Shown: positions 30,403-41,942, numbered from the stretch's first letter. The stretch: 64,000 nucleotides of DNA from an uncultured Nitrososphaerota archaeon (GCA_963701075.1 OY969559.1:960001-1024000), one strand, 5' to 3'. A program made the numbers and translations. Notes: generated by a model not told the origin, from the letters alone.

Positions 30403-33377
30403 ACTTTGACGTAGCAGATAACGACGAAGGAAACAAGTCAGAGCGACCAGCCTTAGAGCAACTATACGCTATGGGATATGATTATCTAAGCCAAAATGAC
30501 CTAAACAAAACACGAAGAGATTACCGTGAAGTTTTGCTTTATGACAGGCTAGAAAAGGCAATCAGAAAACTCAATCCCGAATTTGATGATGACGGTGTAA
30601 GAGACGCACTCACACAAATCAGTGAATTATCATATCCGTATACACTAGATCCAATGGATACAAACGAAAAGATTAGAGCAAAACTTGTTGAACTATCAAG
30701 ATCAAATGGATTAGAACCAATAATTGTAACTCAAAACTTTGGAGAAGGTCCTGAAGAAAAAACTGTAAAACTATTCGATTTTGATAATCCTGAAAATAAT
30801 GACTTTCTAGCAACTAACCAATTTCAGCTAGATGGTTTTAAAAATCCAATATATCCAGACATTGTAATTTTTGTAAATGGTATACCATTAGTTATAATAG
30901 AATGTAAATCGCCTTCAATTCCAGATCCTATAGGAGAAGCAATAGAAAGAAAAAACTTTGCACATTATCAAACAAGGGGATTAGGATTTGAAAGATTGCT
31001 TTTCTATAATCACTTTCTTGTTGCAACATGTGGAACACTTGCAAGACACGGAACTCTTGGTTCTAGCATAAATCATTATGCAAGATGGTCAGAAGCATAT
31101 CCGCTAACTATAGAAGAGATTGAAAAAATATGTAAAAGAAAACCACGAGAGCAAGAAATTCTTATTGCAGGCATGTTATCAAAGTCACATCTTTTAGATC
31201 TACTCAAAAACTATGTCCTATACGAAGATGTAAACAACAAAAAAATAAAAAAGATTGCAAAACACCAACAGTATAGGGTAGTTACAAAAGCAGTCAACAG
31301 ATTACATCTTGAAGGAAACATTGCAGACAAAGGTGGAGTTATCTGGCACACTCAGGGATCAGGAAAATCACTTTCAATGCTCTGGTTTGCAACGCAATTA
31401 ATGTTCAAGTTCAAAAACCCAGCCATAATTATCGTTACAGACAGAAAGCAACTAGACAGGCAGATTCATGACACCTTTAGAGCATGTGGCTTTGCAGAAC
31501 CTGAAAAAGCCAAGAGTTCAAGACATTTGGCAGAACTATTCCAAAATGCAAAAGGTAAGACCATAATGACAACCATTCAAAAGTTTGCTACGGAAGGTGC
31601 TCAAATCCACACAGATGAGAAGGCAATCGTACTAGTAGATGAGGCACATCGAACTCAATACAAGTTTAATGCGGAAGATATGCGAGCAGCCATTCCAAAT
31701 GGCGTATTTTTTGCATTTTCAGGTACTCCAATTGACAAGAAAAACAAGAGCACTTACAGAGTCTTTGGTCCAATGCTTGACAAGTATTCCTTTGAAGAAT
31801 CTAAAGCAGATGGTGCAACTTTGTCAATATTATACGAAGGTCGTATGCCTCATCTTTTTGTTGAAGGAGAAGATACAATAGACAAAATATTTGAAAGAGT
31901 ATTTTCTGATCTTGACAAAGAAACTAAAGCCAAGCTAAAATCACAATATGTAACAAAAGGAAAAATCGCAGAAGCACCTGCAAGAATTAGAAAGATATGC
32001 ATTGACTTGGTTGATCATTTTACTAAACATATACAGCCAAACGGTTACAAGGCTATAGTTGTTGCATCATCAAGAGAAGCCGCAGTTCTTTACAAAAGAG
32101 AACTAGACAAACTAAATGCGCCGCAATCAAGAATCATAATGACTTCACAACTTGGTGAAAAAGGAAAAGATGGTAGTAACTGGGATGAATATTTCCTAAC
32201 TCCTGAACAGCGTGAAATAAAATCTGAAGAGTTCAAAAAACCTGAAGACTCAACAAAGATCCTAATTGTTGTTGACATGCTTCTTGTAGGTTATGATGTT
32301 CCAATTGCTCAAGTGTTGTATCTTGATCAGGGACTAAAAGAACACAATTTACTTCAGGCAATTGCTAGGGTAAACAGACCGTACGATGAAGCAAAAACCT
32401 ATGGCTTGATAATAGATTATTGCGGAGTAACAAATGAGTTACAAAAGGCACTTGCTATTTTTGAAGAAGAAGATATTCAGGGCGCACTAGAACCTCTAAA
32501 AGGAGAACTAGAAGAACTGAGGCTACGGCATTTAGACGTAATGTCTCATTTCAAGGATGTAGACAGAAACGATGACGATGCAATAATTACCAAGTTTGAA
32601 CCTGTAGATATTCGGGATAAATTTGAGTATGATTTTAAGATGTTCTCAAAGGCTCTAGACGTAGTACTTCCTGACAAAGAAGCAGATCCGTACATTGCAG
32701 ATTTTAAATTTGTTAGCAAAATCAGACAGATGATTCGTACGTATTATGAAGGTGTAAAGCCAAGCATTAGGGAATTTGGCAAAAAAGTGCAGCAACTAAT
32801 TGATGATCACATTAGATCTTTGAATATTTCTGAATTGATGGACCCACGTGAAATTACCTATGATAATTTTATTGCATATGCAAAGAAATTCAAAAGTGAC
32901 AGGGCAAGAACTGCCTTAATTAAAAACAAGGCAAGGCAGATAATTCGTGAACTAGCACCAAACAACCCTGCATATTATGAAAGATTGAGAGAAAGACTAG
33001 AAAAAATAATCACAGAAGAAGAAATTCGACGTAAAGAAAGTGCCGATTATTTTAACAAATATTTGGAAATTTATGAATCTGCACTAAATGAGAAAAAAGA
33101 AAGGGAAAAACTAGGATTTGAAACACCTTTTGAGTTTGCAGTATTTGGTGAATTACAAAACATAAAAAATAATGAAGAAAATTCAAAGCAAATCACCAAA
33201 ACAATATATCAAAAGATAAAAAAAGAGACAGAAATAATAGGCTGGAAAACAAAAACAAGCACAGAAAAGAATTTGCGTGTTATAATATTGGACATTTTAT
33301 CAGAAAATAAATTCAAGGAAGAAAAAATAGGTGAATTAAGTCGCAAAATAATAGATTTGGCAAAACATCACTTGTAA
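30399..33377 (+). CDS. hsdR: Type I R-M restriction subunit
   Basis: PDIVIFVNGIPLVIIECK nuclease, WHTQGSGKS, DEAHR, QAIARVNR. Confidence 0.96.
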   Translation: MNFDVADNDEGNKSERPALEQLYAMGYDYLSQNDLNKTRRDYREVLLYDRLEKAIRKLNPEFDDDGVRDALTQISELSYPYTLDPMDTNEKIRAKLVELSRSNGLEPIIVTQNFGEGPEEKTVKLFDFDNPENNDFLATNQFQLDGFKNPIYPDIVIFVNGIPLVIIECKSPSIPDPIGEAIERKNFAHYQTRGLGFERLLFYNHFLVATCGTLARHGTLGSSINHYARWSEAYPLTIEEIEKICKRKPREQEILIAGMLSKSHLLDLLKNYVLYEDVNNKKIKKIAKHQQYRVVTKAVNRLHLEGNIADKGGVIWHTQGSGKSLSMLWFATQLMFKFKNPAIIIVTDRKQLDRQIHDTFRACGFAEPEKAKSSRHLAELFQNAKGKTIMTTIQKFATEGAQIHTDEKAIVLVDEAHRTQYKFNAEDMRAAIPNGVFFAFSGTPIDKKNKSTYRVFGPMLDKYSFEESKADGATLSILYEGRMPHLFVEGEDTIDKIFERVFSDLDKETKAKLKSQYVTKGKIAEAPARIRKICIDLVDHFTKHIQPNGYKAIVVASSREAAVLYKRELDKLNAPQSRIIMTSQLGEKGKDGSNWDEYFLTPEQREIKSEEFKKPEDSTKILIVVDMLLVGYDVPIAQVLYLDQGLKEHNLLQAIARVNRPYDEAKTYGLIIDYCGVTNELQKALAIFEEEDIQGALEPLKGELEELRLRHLDVMSHFKDVDRNDDDAIITKFEPVDIRDKFEYDFKMFSKALDVVLPDKEADPYIADFKFVSKIRQMIRTYYEGVKPSIREFGKKVQQLIDDHIRSLNISELMDPREITYDNFIAYAKKFKSDRARTALIKNKARQIIRELAPNNPAYYERLRERLEKIITEEEIRRKESADYFNKYLEIYESALNEKKEREKLGFETPFEFAVFGELQNIKNNEENSKQITKTIYQKIKKETEIIGWKTKTSTEKNLRVIILDILSENKFKEEKIGELSRKIIDLAKHHL

Positions 33378-33475
33378 AAAGAAAGCTCCAGTATGGCACT
33401 AGTACTCTAGAATATTCTATAGTTAAAAGTAGACGCAGAAAAACATCTGAAATTATTGTAGATAAAGACGGAATT

Positions 33476-34081
33476 ATGATTCGTACACCCTATAACAAAC
33501 CAATTTCGGAAATTCAACAAATAATTCAGATAAAAAAAGGCTGGATTTTTAAAAAACATCTGGAATTTAAAAAAAGAACATCTGAAATTCCAATTTTCAC
33601 CTATAAATCAGGGACAAAATTACCTTACTTAGGACAAAATTACACTCTAACTGTACTGAAAGGCCAGAAAAAAGAAGGCATTGCATTTTCTAAAAAAGGA
33701 TTTTTTGTCAACTTAAAAACCAATGACCTAAAACAAGTAAAGTCATTATATGAAAAATGGTTATTTTCAAGAGCTCAAAAGATTTTTGAAAATAAAATCA
33801 AACTTTATTCTACAAAATTAGGTCTAAAGCCAGAGAAAATCATCATAAAAAATTTAAAAAACCGATGGGGAAGTACAACTAAGAATAATATCATTAATTT
33901 GAACATGAATTTAATTAAAACACCGCAAGAAATTATTGGATATGTAATATTACACGAGCTATGTCACCTCAAAATTAAAGATCACTCGTATCATTTTTGG
34001 GATTTAGTAAGAAAATTCATGCCTAATTATCCAGAAAAAAAGTGTTGGCTTGAAGTGAATAGTACCAGAATTGTTGATTAA
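33476..34081 (+). CDS. M48/YgjP-like (DUF45) metal-dependent hydrolase
   Basis: RWGS, YVILHELCH, HSYHFW; typical position after hsdR; reading frame stays open upstream to about 33335. Confidence 0.9.
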   Translation: MIRTPYNKPISEIQQIIQIKKGWIFKKHLEFKKRTSEIPIFTYKSGTKLPYLGQNYTLTVLKGQKKEGIAFSKKGFFVNLKTNDLKQVKSLYEKWLFSRAQKIFENKIKLYSTKLGLKPEKIIIKNLKNRWGSTTKNNIINLNMNLIKTPQEIIGYVILHELCHLKIKDHSYHFWDLVRKFMPNYPEKKCWLEVNSTRIVD

Positions 34082-34123
34082 TTCATTTGTGTTTCATTAT
34101 ATAAATATAAACTTTATGGTTAT

Positions 34124-34179
34124 TTTATTATCAAAAAATCACATAACTATTTAAAGAACTGTGATCTTATGATAATAAA
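34124..34179. promoter_or_regulatory. 20-bp inverted-repeat operator flanking a TATA box
   Basis: TTTATTATCAAAAAATCACA - 16 bp containing TATTTAAA - TGTGATCTTATGATAATAAA; 18/20 complementary; ends at the ATG. Confidence 0.8.
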
Positions 34180-36266
34180 TGGATACTACTGCAATAAACA
34201 TAATCAGAGAAGTAGCCAATGGCAATTCAGACCCCAAGGCAATAATGCAGAATGTTGGAATAAAGGAGTGGCAACTAAATTCAAAATTAAAAGATCTCAT
34301 ACAGCAGGGTTATCTGCAAAAGGAGGAATCTACCGTCAGATTTCAAGACAATGCCAAACCTACAACTATTCGAAATTTAATAAAAAAGTTCAACATAGAA
34401 AAAATACTTCGTGGAGCAAACGAAATCATCTTTTCATATTTGACAGAACCAATATCCATCAATGAAATTATTTCAAAAACAGATTTATCGACGTCTACAG
34501 TTTACCGAGCTATATCTGATTTTGAATCTATAGGCGCAATTACAAAAGAGGATGACAAGATTTCAGTAAACAATTCCGATGATCAATTAACACTTTTGGC
34601 CAGCATATTAAAGACAGAACGGGATAACATGTACGAACCAAATGCAGAAATAATTTATCAAGATGCGTCTAAAGTTCTAAAAAAAGTAATACGGGGGAAA
34701 ATTACTGAGGGGCAACTCACAGGTTTTTCTTTGTTTAACGAGTATGGAATTGAATATCACACAAATTTCGATTATTACATAAAACAGGATATTCCCTTAG
34801 ATGTTCAACATGTATTAATTCATGCAGTATATGATACACAGAAAAATCAAGACAAAACTGGCCTTACAATGGCGATAATTTTTTATCTAAAAAATAAAAA
34901 TAAGATGGATGTTCTTAATATCAGACAGATAGCTGAATCATTTAAGATCGCACATGTTTGGATAGATATAGAGGGGTACATAAGAAATAACGAATTAAAA
35001 AATACACATCTGTTCCTTTCAAAACAAGAGTTCATGGAAAAAGCTGATCTTTATGATGTATCACCTGATTTGTATACACTTCCGGAAGGACACCCAAAAC
35101 TATTTGATGATATTGGTACAAGCGTACCTCAGTTTGCAAGAACTTACTTGATTGGTGGAGAAAACATGAGAATCAAGGGATTAAAGGCAAGAACCAAGGA
35201 TATAGACTTGGTAGTTGAAACAAAAGAGGATTACGAATCAATCGTAACAGCACTCACAAAATTAGGATATGAACCCAGAACGAATGATGTATTTTCACGG
35301 GAGGATTTGAGAGTATACCCATCAATAATAATGACTCATCCTAATAGAAGTCAAATCGATTTATATACAAAGAAAATTCTACGAACACTCTCCTTATCGA
35401 GTACGATGATAAGCCGAGCAGACTTGGAAGATCATGGCTATTTACGCTTAGGGTTGCTACGAAATGAGGATCTATTCTTGTTAAAAGCTGTTACTAGTAG
35501 AGAAGGAGACATTCAAGACATGGCCTTACTTGCAAGATTGAGTTATGTCGGTGATGGAAAATTCCGACAACCAGAATTTAATTGGGATATAGTATGGGAT
35601 GAAATATTACGGCAAGAAGAAGAAAACAAAATTCAATCGTTTAGTGATGTCATATTAGAAAACATAGAATGGTTGATAGAACAGACCGGAATAATACCAC
35701 CGTTTCGTAACAAATTACAGAGATTTGTATTAGATCAAAAAATAAGAAAGCTTGTACGTGAAGGGAAAATACCATTAAAAGAAATAGTGAATTTGCTAGA
35801 AAGTGATGACAATCCAGAATCAACAATAAGAAATCGTATAGAAGCACTAGTCAAAGAAGGAATACTAAAAAAAGAATATGAAAACAATGATGTCTTTGTA
35901 TTACCCATACAAGAAATCGTTTTTCCAGAACCAGATTGGAAGATTACATCCGAGAGTTTAGAAACTTATCTACGATGGAAATTTCCTACAAGAAAAGTTG
36001 CCACTCCCTTACAGATTCAAAAATTTGTAGATGAGGTGTTATCTACTGGAAATACGACCATTGTAGATCTTGACAAATTAGTACAGAATATAGTTTGTAA
36101 ATTAAAAGAATATGAGAAGGTGTATTATCCCAAAGAACGACTAAGTCAAACTGGGGCCTTAAGGGTGTGTATTGGATTTTCTGATCCCAAATTGGGAAAA
36201 AATGGAACTACCAACTTTTACATCAGTGACTTTGATAAATTTGCAAAGATCGGAGGGTTAAATTAA
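34179..36266 (+). CDS. Fused wHTH + nucleotidyltransferase (AbiEii/DUF6036-like; type IV TA-like)
   Basis: N-terminal HTHs (LSTSTVYRAI), YLIGGENM...RTKDIDLVV, LFLLK...REGDIQDM, further HTH (ESTIRNRIEALVKEG). Confidence 0.75.
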   Translation: MDTTAINIIREVANGNSDPKAIMQNVGIKEWQLNSKLKDLIQQGYLQKEESTVRFQDNAKPTTIRNLIKKFNIEKILRGANEIIFSYLTEPISINEIISKTDLSTSTVYRAISDFESIGAITKEDDKISVNNSDDQLTLLASILKTERDNMYEPNAEIIYQDASKVLKKVIRGKITEGQLTGFSLFNEYGIEYHTNFDYYIKQDIPLDVQHVLIHAVYDTQKNQDKTGLTMAIIFYLKNKNKMDVLNIRQIAESFKIAHVWIDIEGYIRNNELKNTHLFLSKQEFMEKADLYDVSPDLYTLPEGHPKLFDDIGTSVPQFARTYLIGGENMRIKGLKARTKDIDLVVETKEDYESIVTALTKLGYEPRTNDVFSREDLRVYPSIIMTHPNRSQIDLYTKKILRTLSLSSTMISRADLEDHGYLRLGLLRNEDLFLLKAVTSREGDIQDMALLARLSYVGDGKFRQPEFNWDIVWDEILRQEEENKIQSFSDVILENIEWLIEQTGIIPPFRNKLQRFVLDQKIRKLVREGKIPLKEIVNLLESDDNPESTIRNRIEALVKEGILKKEYENNDVFVLPIQEIVFPEPDWKITSESLETYLRWKFPTRKVATPLQIQKFVDEVLSTGNTTIVDLDKLVQNIVCKLKEYEKVYYPKERLSQTGALRVCIGFSDPKLGKNGTTNFYISDFDKFAKIGGLN

Positions 36267-36297
36267 TGTACACAGAAATTAATATGAGGTTATCAAA

Positions 36298-37177
36298 ATG
36301 AGTGTGGAAGAACGATTAAACACAATTCTCCCTGCAGCAGAAGCAGAACTAGGGAATAGAAACTTTGTTGCGATACTTGGTCTGTCTGGTGTAGGAAAAA
36401 CTGTATTGGTGACATTGCTTGGACATGCATTAGACAAATATTTTCTAAAGAAACAATCAGAAATCAAAGGACGTATCACTGGAGGAAGGGTATTTTTGGA
36501 AACATGTGAAAATGGAATGTTAGATGGCATATTCCCAGAAAGAACTCAGCTTCTAGCAAGAGAGGAAATCGTTATAGAAATGAACAGAAGCGGTGGAACT
36601 GGAAAAGCCATTGAAATTAGATTGCCAGATATCTCAGGTGAAACTTTTAACACCCTGTGTTTAGGTGATGAGATATCAGCTGAAAGAGAGAGCCTTAAAG
36701 ATATTTGAAACATCCAAACCAAAAGGCAAGACTTTTGGAGATATGACATACGTCATTTATGCTAAAATTTATCTCATTCTGTTAGATTGTTCAAAAATAG
36801 GCGAATGGGAAAAATTAGCAATCAGACATAATCAAGCATTAGCAACAATCAAAGAATTACAAAGTGTTAGACTAAAAAAAGAAATCAACAAAATAGAAAG
36901 TCCGATAGGAATTGTTTTAACAAAATCAGATACACTATCCAATCCAGATGAACCTGCAAAATCTGTGGTGGACAACAATATGGGAAGATTTCTTAACACA
37001 CTAGATTCGTTACATAAAGGTGAAAAAGAATTTTTTAAACTTCACGTGGATGTTGAACGAAATACAGATAATGCAATCACAGATCCAACTGCGTTAAAAG
37101 TAAGAAGACCGTTGACGTATAGTCACGATGAATACATGAGATTGCTCAAGTGGATTCATGATAACAGCTCGGAATAA
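36298..37177 (+). pseudogene. TRAFAC-class GTPase (DO-GTPase-like), split by a +1 frameshift near 36685
   Basis: G1 GLSGVGKT, G2 PERT and G3 DISGE in 36298-36708; G4 TKSD in 36665-37177; overlap contains GAAAGAGAGAGCC. Confidence 0.75.
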
Positions 37178-37179
37178 AA

Positions 37180-38469
37180 TTGCCAACTTGTGAACATTTC
37201 ATTTATACCGCAGGAAAGATCGGCACCAAAGAAGGATATCAGATCATTGCCAGGAGCGAAGGAATTTCTGATAGAATCGTTGATAATCTTTTAGAATACC
37301 TGTTTCCCATAGGTGTAAAATCTGAAGAATTCACAGAATCAAGATCACTTTTAGTTTTTGATAAAACCAAGATTGCTTACAGTATAATAAAAAACTTAGG
37401 AATCGGCTACGACGGTAGACGTGGTACTTTATACAATCATACTTTCATAATAAACAAAGATGATTTTGAAAAATTAAATTATGATTCCAGAGTATTCGAG
37501 AGTTTCTTCATACAAAACCCATCAATTCGCGGTAGACTAGAACCTATTAAAATAAACACAACAGCCAAACTACCACGTTTAGAATTACTTCAAAAATTGG
37601 ATGAAAAGATCCTTAGTGAAATCTTACATGCCTTGCTTAAAAAAACAAAAATTGCCCTGGTGAAGCTTGATGATTTGGAACTGATACCTAATCTACTTGC
37701 ACTGCTGCCACCGCCTCTACGACTAGTCTCATTTTCTACCCTAGTTAATGATCCAGATAAGCAATACAAGTATGACCTTATTCAGATCCCCGAACGAGCA
37801 CAGAATAAAGTTGGACGAGGCTTTACCGTAATTAGTCATGACTTAACAAAGATTTCAAAGCATGATGATCCCTTTAACGAATCAGTCCAGCTTCTTGTTA
37901 ACGTTGTTAAGACAAAAAATACAGTACAATTAGAAAAGATTTTCAGCGACTTTCAGAAAATCTCTGTACACGTATCTCAAGTACGAAATATTGAGCTTAA
38001 AGAAATTTTCAATCAAGATGAATTCAAACATCTTGAAAAGAAAGAGAAATTTGCAAAAATGACTCAAAAAATTCAAGAACTTTATTCAAGCTCGTCATTT
38101 AATCAAGCGCCAACGCGAGTCGTCGTATCAATTACAAAGAAACTAAGAAAGACAATCGAACATGCTTTGAAAAGACAACAGAAATCCAAAACCCCATCAC
38201 AAGCAGACACAGACAAGCTGCTGGCGGCTGTAAAAGTTTTGCTAGATTGTATGTATTACACAAAAAACTATAGCGGTAAAAAGATTTCTCCATCAACAAA
38301 AAAAGACATTATTTCAGAGATAACAATCTTAGAAGAAATTATGAAAAAATACAAAATTAAAGATTCAAAGGCTAAATTTGATCCCTATGAATATGCAGCA
38401 ATGGCGTTTGAACAAACTATGAAATATAGTCAGGCATTATTACGATTATGGTTTGTACCTCGAGGTTAG
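37180..38469 (+). CDS. GAP1-N2/GAP1-M-like (DENN-like) GTPase-associated protein
   Basis: HFIYT...GYQIIARSEGI...DGRRGTLYNHTFII and LLALLPPPLRLVSFST motifs; 2 bp after the GTPase. Confidence 0.65.
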   Translation: MPTCEHFIYTAGKIGTKEGYQIIARSEGISDRIVDNLLEYLFPIGVKSEEFTESRSLLVFDKTKIAYSIIKNLGIGYDGRRGTLYNHTFIINKDDFEKLNYDSRVFESFFIQNPSIRGRLEPIKINTTAKLPRLELLQKLDEKILSEILHALLKKTKIALVKLDDLELIPNLLALLPPPLRLVSFSTLVNDPDKQYKYDLIQIPERAQNKVGRGFTVISHDLTKISKHDDPFNESVQLLVNVVKTKNTVQLEKIFSDFQKISVHVSQVRNIELKEIFNQDEFKHLEKKEKFAKMTQKIQELYSSSSFNQAPTRVVVSITKKLRKTIEHALKRQQKSKTPSQADTDKLLAAVKVLLDCMYYTKNYSGKKISPSTKKDIISEITILEEIMKKYKIKDSKAKFDPYEYAAMAFEQTMKYSQALLRLWFVPRG

Positions 38470-38642
38470 AAATCACACACTCAAAGAGGCTTTAAAAATA
38501 GGAGTTTCAAGAAGAACGTACTTTGATTGGCAAAAGAAAATAAGAGATGGAATTCCTTTTTCGTTAAAAACAAAGACTTTAAAAAAATTATTAATTTCTT
38601 ACTGAAAACTTATCTTGTTGGACAATAATAAAATGATTCTAG

Positions 38643-41600
38643 ATGATCCAACTTACTGAAATTGAGAGTCGTATTTTTACAGAACTATCTAAGATAGACA
38701 CAAAAATTTCAGATATTTATTATGGCGCAATATCCGTACTTGATAGAGAGACCAGTTTTTCCATAGGTATACAAGAATCGAGCTTACCACAAGATTCTAG
38801 TTCACAACAAAGACCAAATCCAGAAAGATTATTTCATGCAGCTCATTCTCTACGCGAAACATTAAATGTTCTTTTAAGAAGAATAGAAATACCAGAACAG
38901 TCTGATGCTTTCAGAGAAAAGATAAAAAAATTTGCAGATCCATTAGGACAACTTCCTGATAATCTTCATGGCTTATTTAATGAATTATTTGATTTACATA
39001 GATGGTTCACAAGTGTTTCACATCATGGACGTTATCCAACCGATGGTGAATTTTTAGATAAATTTGAAAAATTCAATTCAACCTTAGTTCGAATCCTTAC
39101 ACCACATTTTGTATCCCTAGGAGAAATGGATAAACTCATAGCTATTGACAATCCCACAGAAGAGGATATGGAAAAAATATTGCCACTCATGTCAAAAAAT
39201 TATTCTTCTTACGGCCATTTCTTTACTACTGCAAATAGTAATTGGATTACTTTACTGAAAAACAAGGGCTTTTTCCAAAATCCGCCCATACCAAAACGTG
39301 AAGGAAACTTTATTCAATTTCCTTCATGGCCAGAATCATATTATCTGGCTAAAATTGCTGCTGAAAAACCCGATATAGTTTATACAACAATTAGAGAATG
39401 TAAAATATCATCTAACAAAGATGAATGGAATCCCAGAGTTCTTGAAGATTTTGTAAAAGCTGCAATACGTATGCCATGTGAATATGCATCGAAAATGTCC
39501 ACACTGATTGTTGAGAATAAGTGGCAAGATACAAGAACCCTTTCGTTACTTAATACAGAGTTATCAAATCTAATGGAAAAATTATCTGATTGTGGTGATA
39601 TTGAATCATCTATAGAACTTGGTAGTATGTTGCTAGATGTGGATATTGTAGAATTATCTCCGAGAGGGAGTATCGAAAATGTGGAATAAAGAAGTACAAA
39701 GTAAAATCGATAATTATACTTATGAAGAGATACTTAAAAAAATACCAAAATTAGCTGAGAAAGATCCCATTGCTGCTACAAAATTACTTGCAGATAAACT
39801 CAATAAGGCCATATTTTTAGAACAAAAGAAAAATTCGAATAAAGCAAGTGATGACGACTATTCATATTATTGGAGACCGGCCATAGAAGAGCACTCCAAT
39901 AATTGGGAGACTCAAAACATAAAATCAATGCTGGTAAAATCACTAAGAGATGTACTAGAAACATCTGGTTACAAAAACATTGAAACTCTAAAGAAAATAC
40001 TTGAAATTCTAAAAGAAAAAAACTATCATATTTTTAGGCGGTTGGAACTTCATGTATATCGTCTCTTTCCTAATGAATTTAAGAATGAAATTGAAATAAT
40101 TGCTGTAGATTATTTTGGTAAGGCGAGTTTTCTACATGAATATTATCTCTTATTACAACAAAATTATGCCACATTGACAAAATTCACACAAGAAAAAATT
40201 CTTGCCTTGATTGAACAAGGCCCTAATTTTGATAGATTTCGTGGAACAAAAGAAGAATTTGAACAATACAAAAAATATTGGAAAGCATCCAAACTTGAAC
40301 CAATTATCAAATATTTACCAATTGAAAAACAGCAGGAATATGATAACCTAGTACACGAGGTAGGCCCTCTTGAATTAACAAACTTTTCAATGTCTCAGTC
40401 GGCATTTCAACAAATAGTATCACATACTGAATTATCTGAAGAAATGAATGTGGATCAAGTTATTGCATTTATCAAATCATACCGATTAAAGGACGAACAT
40501 TTTATGGAGGATGATGGTACTGCAACGAAATTCAAGGAGTTTGTAGAGAAAATGCCTCTGGAATATTCGTCTATGGCATTAGAACTTCTTTCTGCACACC
40601 CTGTATTTTCTTATGAATTATTTTGGGGTTTATCTGATGCATTAAAAAACAAGAAAAAAATTGAATGGGTGCCTGTTATAACACTCTGTGAAAAAATACT
40701 GGAAAATTCTCAAGACTCACGATATGAGAAAACCCTTGGAAACATCATAAGTTTCATGGCAGATCTACTTGAAACTAATATGTTACATACAGATTTGTCC
40801 ATAGGATTTGAAATGCGTGATAGAGTATGGCAAATATTGAAAAAATTGGTTGAACTAGCGGCCGATGATTCCACATGGGCAAGTAGTTATCCTAAAAGGA
40901 ATTTTGATTCTTTTACAATATCAATAAACAGCGAAATAGGAAGATCCATGAATGCGGTTATGCAATATTCTGTGTGGTGCTATCACGGCTTAAAAAAGAA
41001 AACACATGATAAAGATGGGTTAGTGAATGAAGTAAAAAAATTGTTAAGTGAAAGATTAGATCCTAAAATTGACAGTACGGTATCTACTCATGCAGTTTTT
41101 GGTTTTCATTTAGCCAATCTCTTTGCATTAGATAAAGAGTGGACAAGAGAGAATTTAAAGAAAATATTTCTTACGGGGGAATTAGAAATTCTTGGGTATG
41201 CTGCTTGGGATGCATATCTCCATCAGCAAATATATTCAAACGTTTTTGTTGAAATGAAAGAAGAATATGCCAATCAAATTAACAAACTAAATTCAAAAGA
41301 ACCAGAAGAAGAGATAAAAAAACATGTGGAGAAGAGATTAGCAGAACAAATTGGGTTAACATACATGTTAAAAATAAAAGAAAGTGAACCACTCTTCAAT
41401 CTATTTATGAGTAAAGCTCCCCCTAGATTAATGGGGTACTGTATTGAGTTCATTGGCAGGCAATTGGAATACTACAAGAAAGATGGAAAGACACCTGAAC
41501 AAGATATTAAACAACTTTGTAATAAAAAAGAGATACAAAAATACCCTGAGGCTGGCTGGTTATTTTTAAATAGTGTTCTTGACAAGAATTTTAATATACA

Positions 41601-41892
41601 TTTACTTCTTGAAACGCTCAATCAAACTCACGGTAAGATTGAACCAATATACCAAATTCCAAAAGAACTTGTATCCTATGCAAAAGACTTTCCGATAGAA
41701 GTTTTACAATGTATGGAAAAGATCATCCAAGCATATCAGAAAACCTTTGAAATTCCAATGATGAAAGATCATTTAAGAGAAATCATCAAGATTGTAAAAG
41801 ATAGTAGCGATTCTACAGGAATAAGTAAGGCTGCAGAACTAGTTAATTTCCTTGGTTCTCTTGGTTATGAAGAATATAGGGATCTATTATAA
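38643..41892 (+). pseudogene. Large (~1080 aa) putative defence protein, HEPN-like N-terminus plus helical region, split by a +1 frameshift near 39652-39689
   Basis: NPERLFHAAHSLRE and RWFTSVSHH at N-terminus; WPESYYL and YWRPAIEEH; ORFs 38643-39689 and 39679-41892 overlap. Confidence 0.6.
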
Positions 41893-41942
41893 TAAAAAGA
41901 TGATATGTCAAAGTTGAAATTCCATAGTTTCTATTCTCAGAT

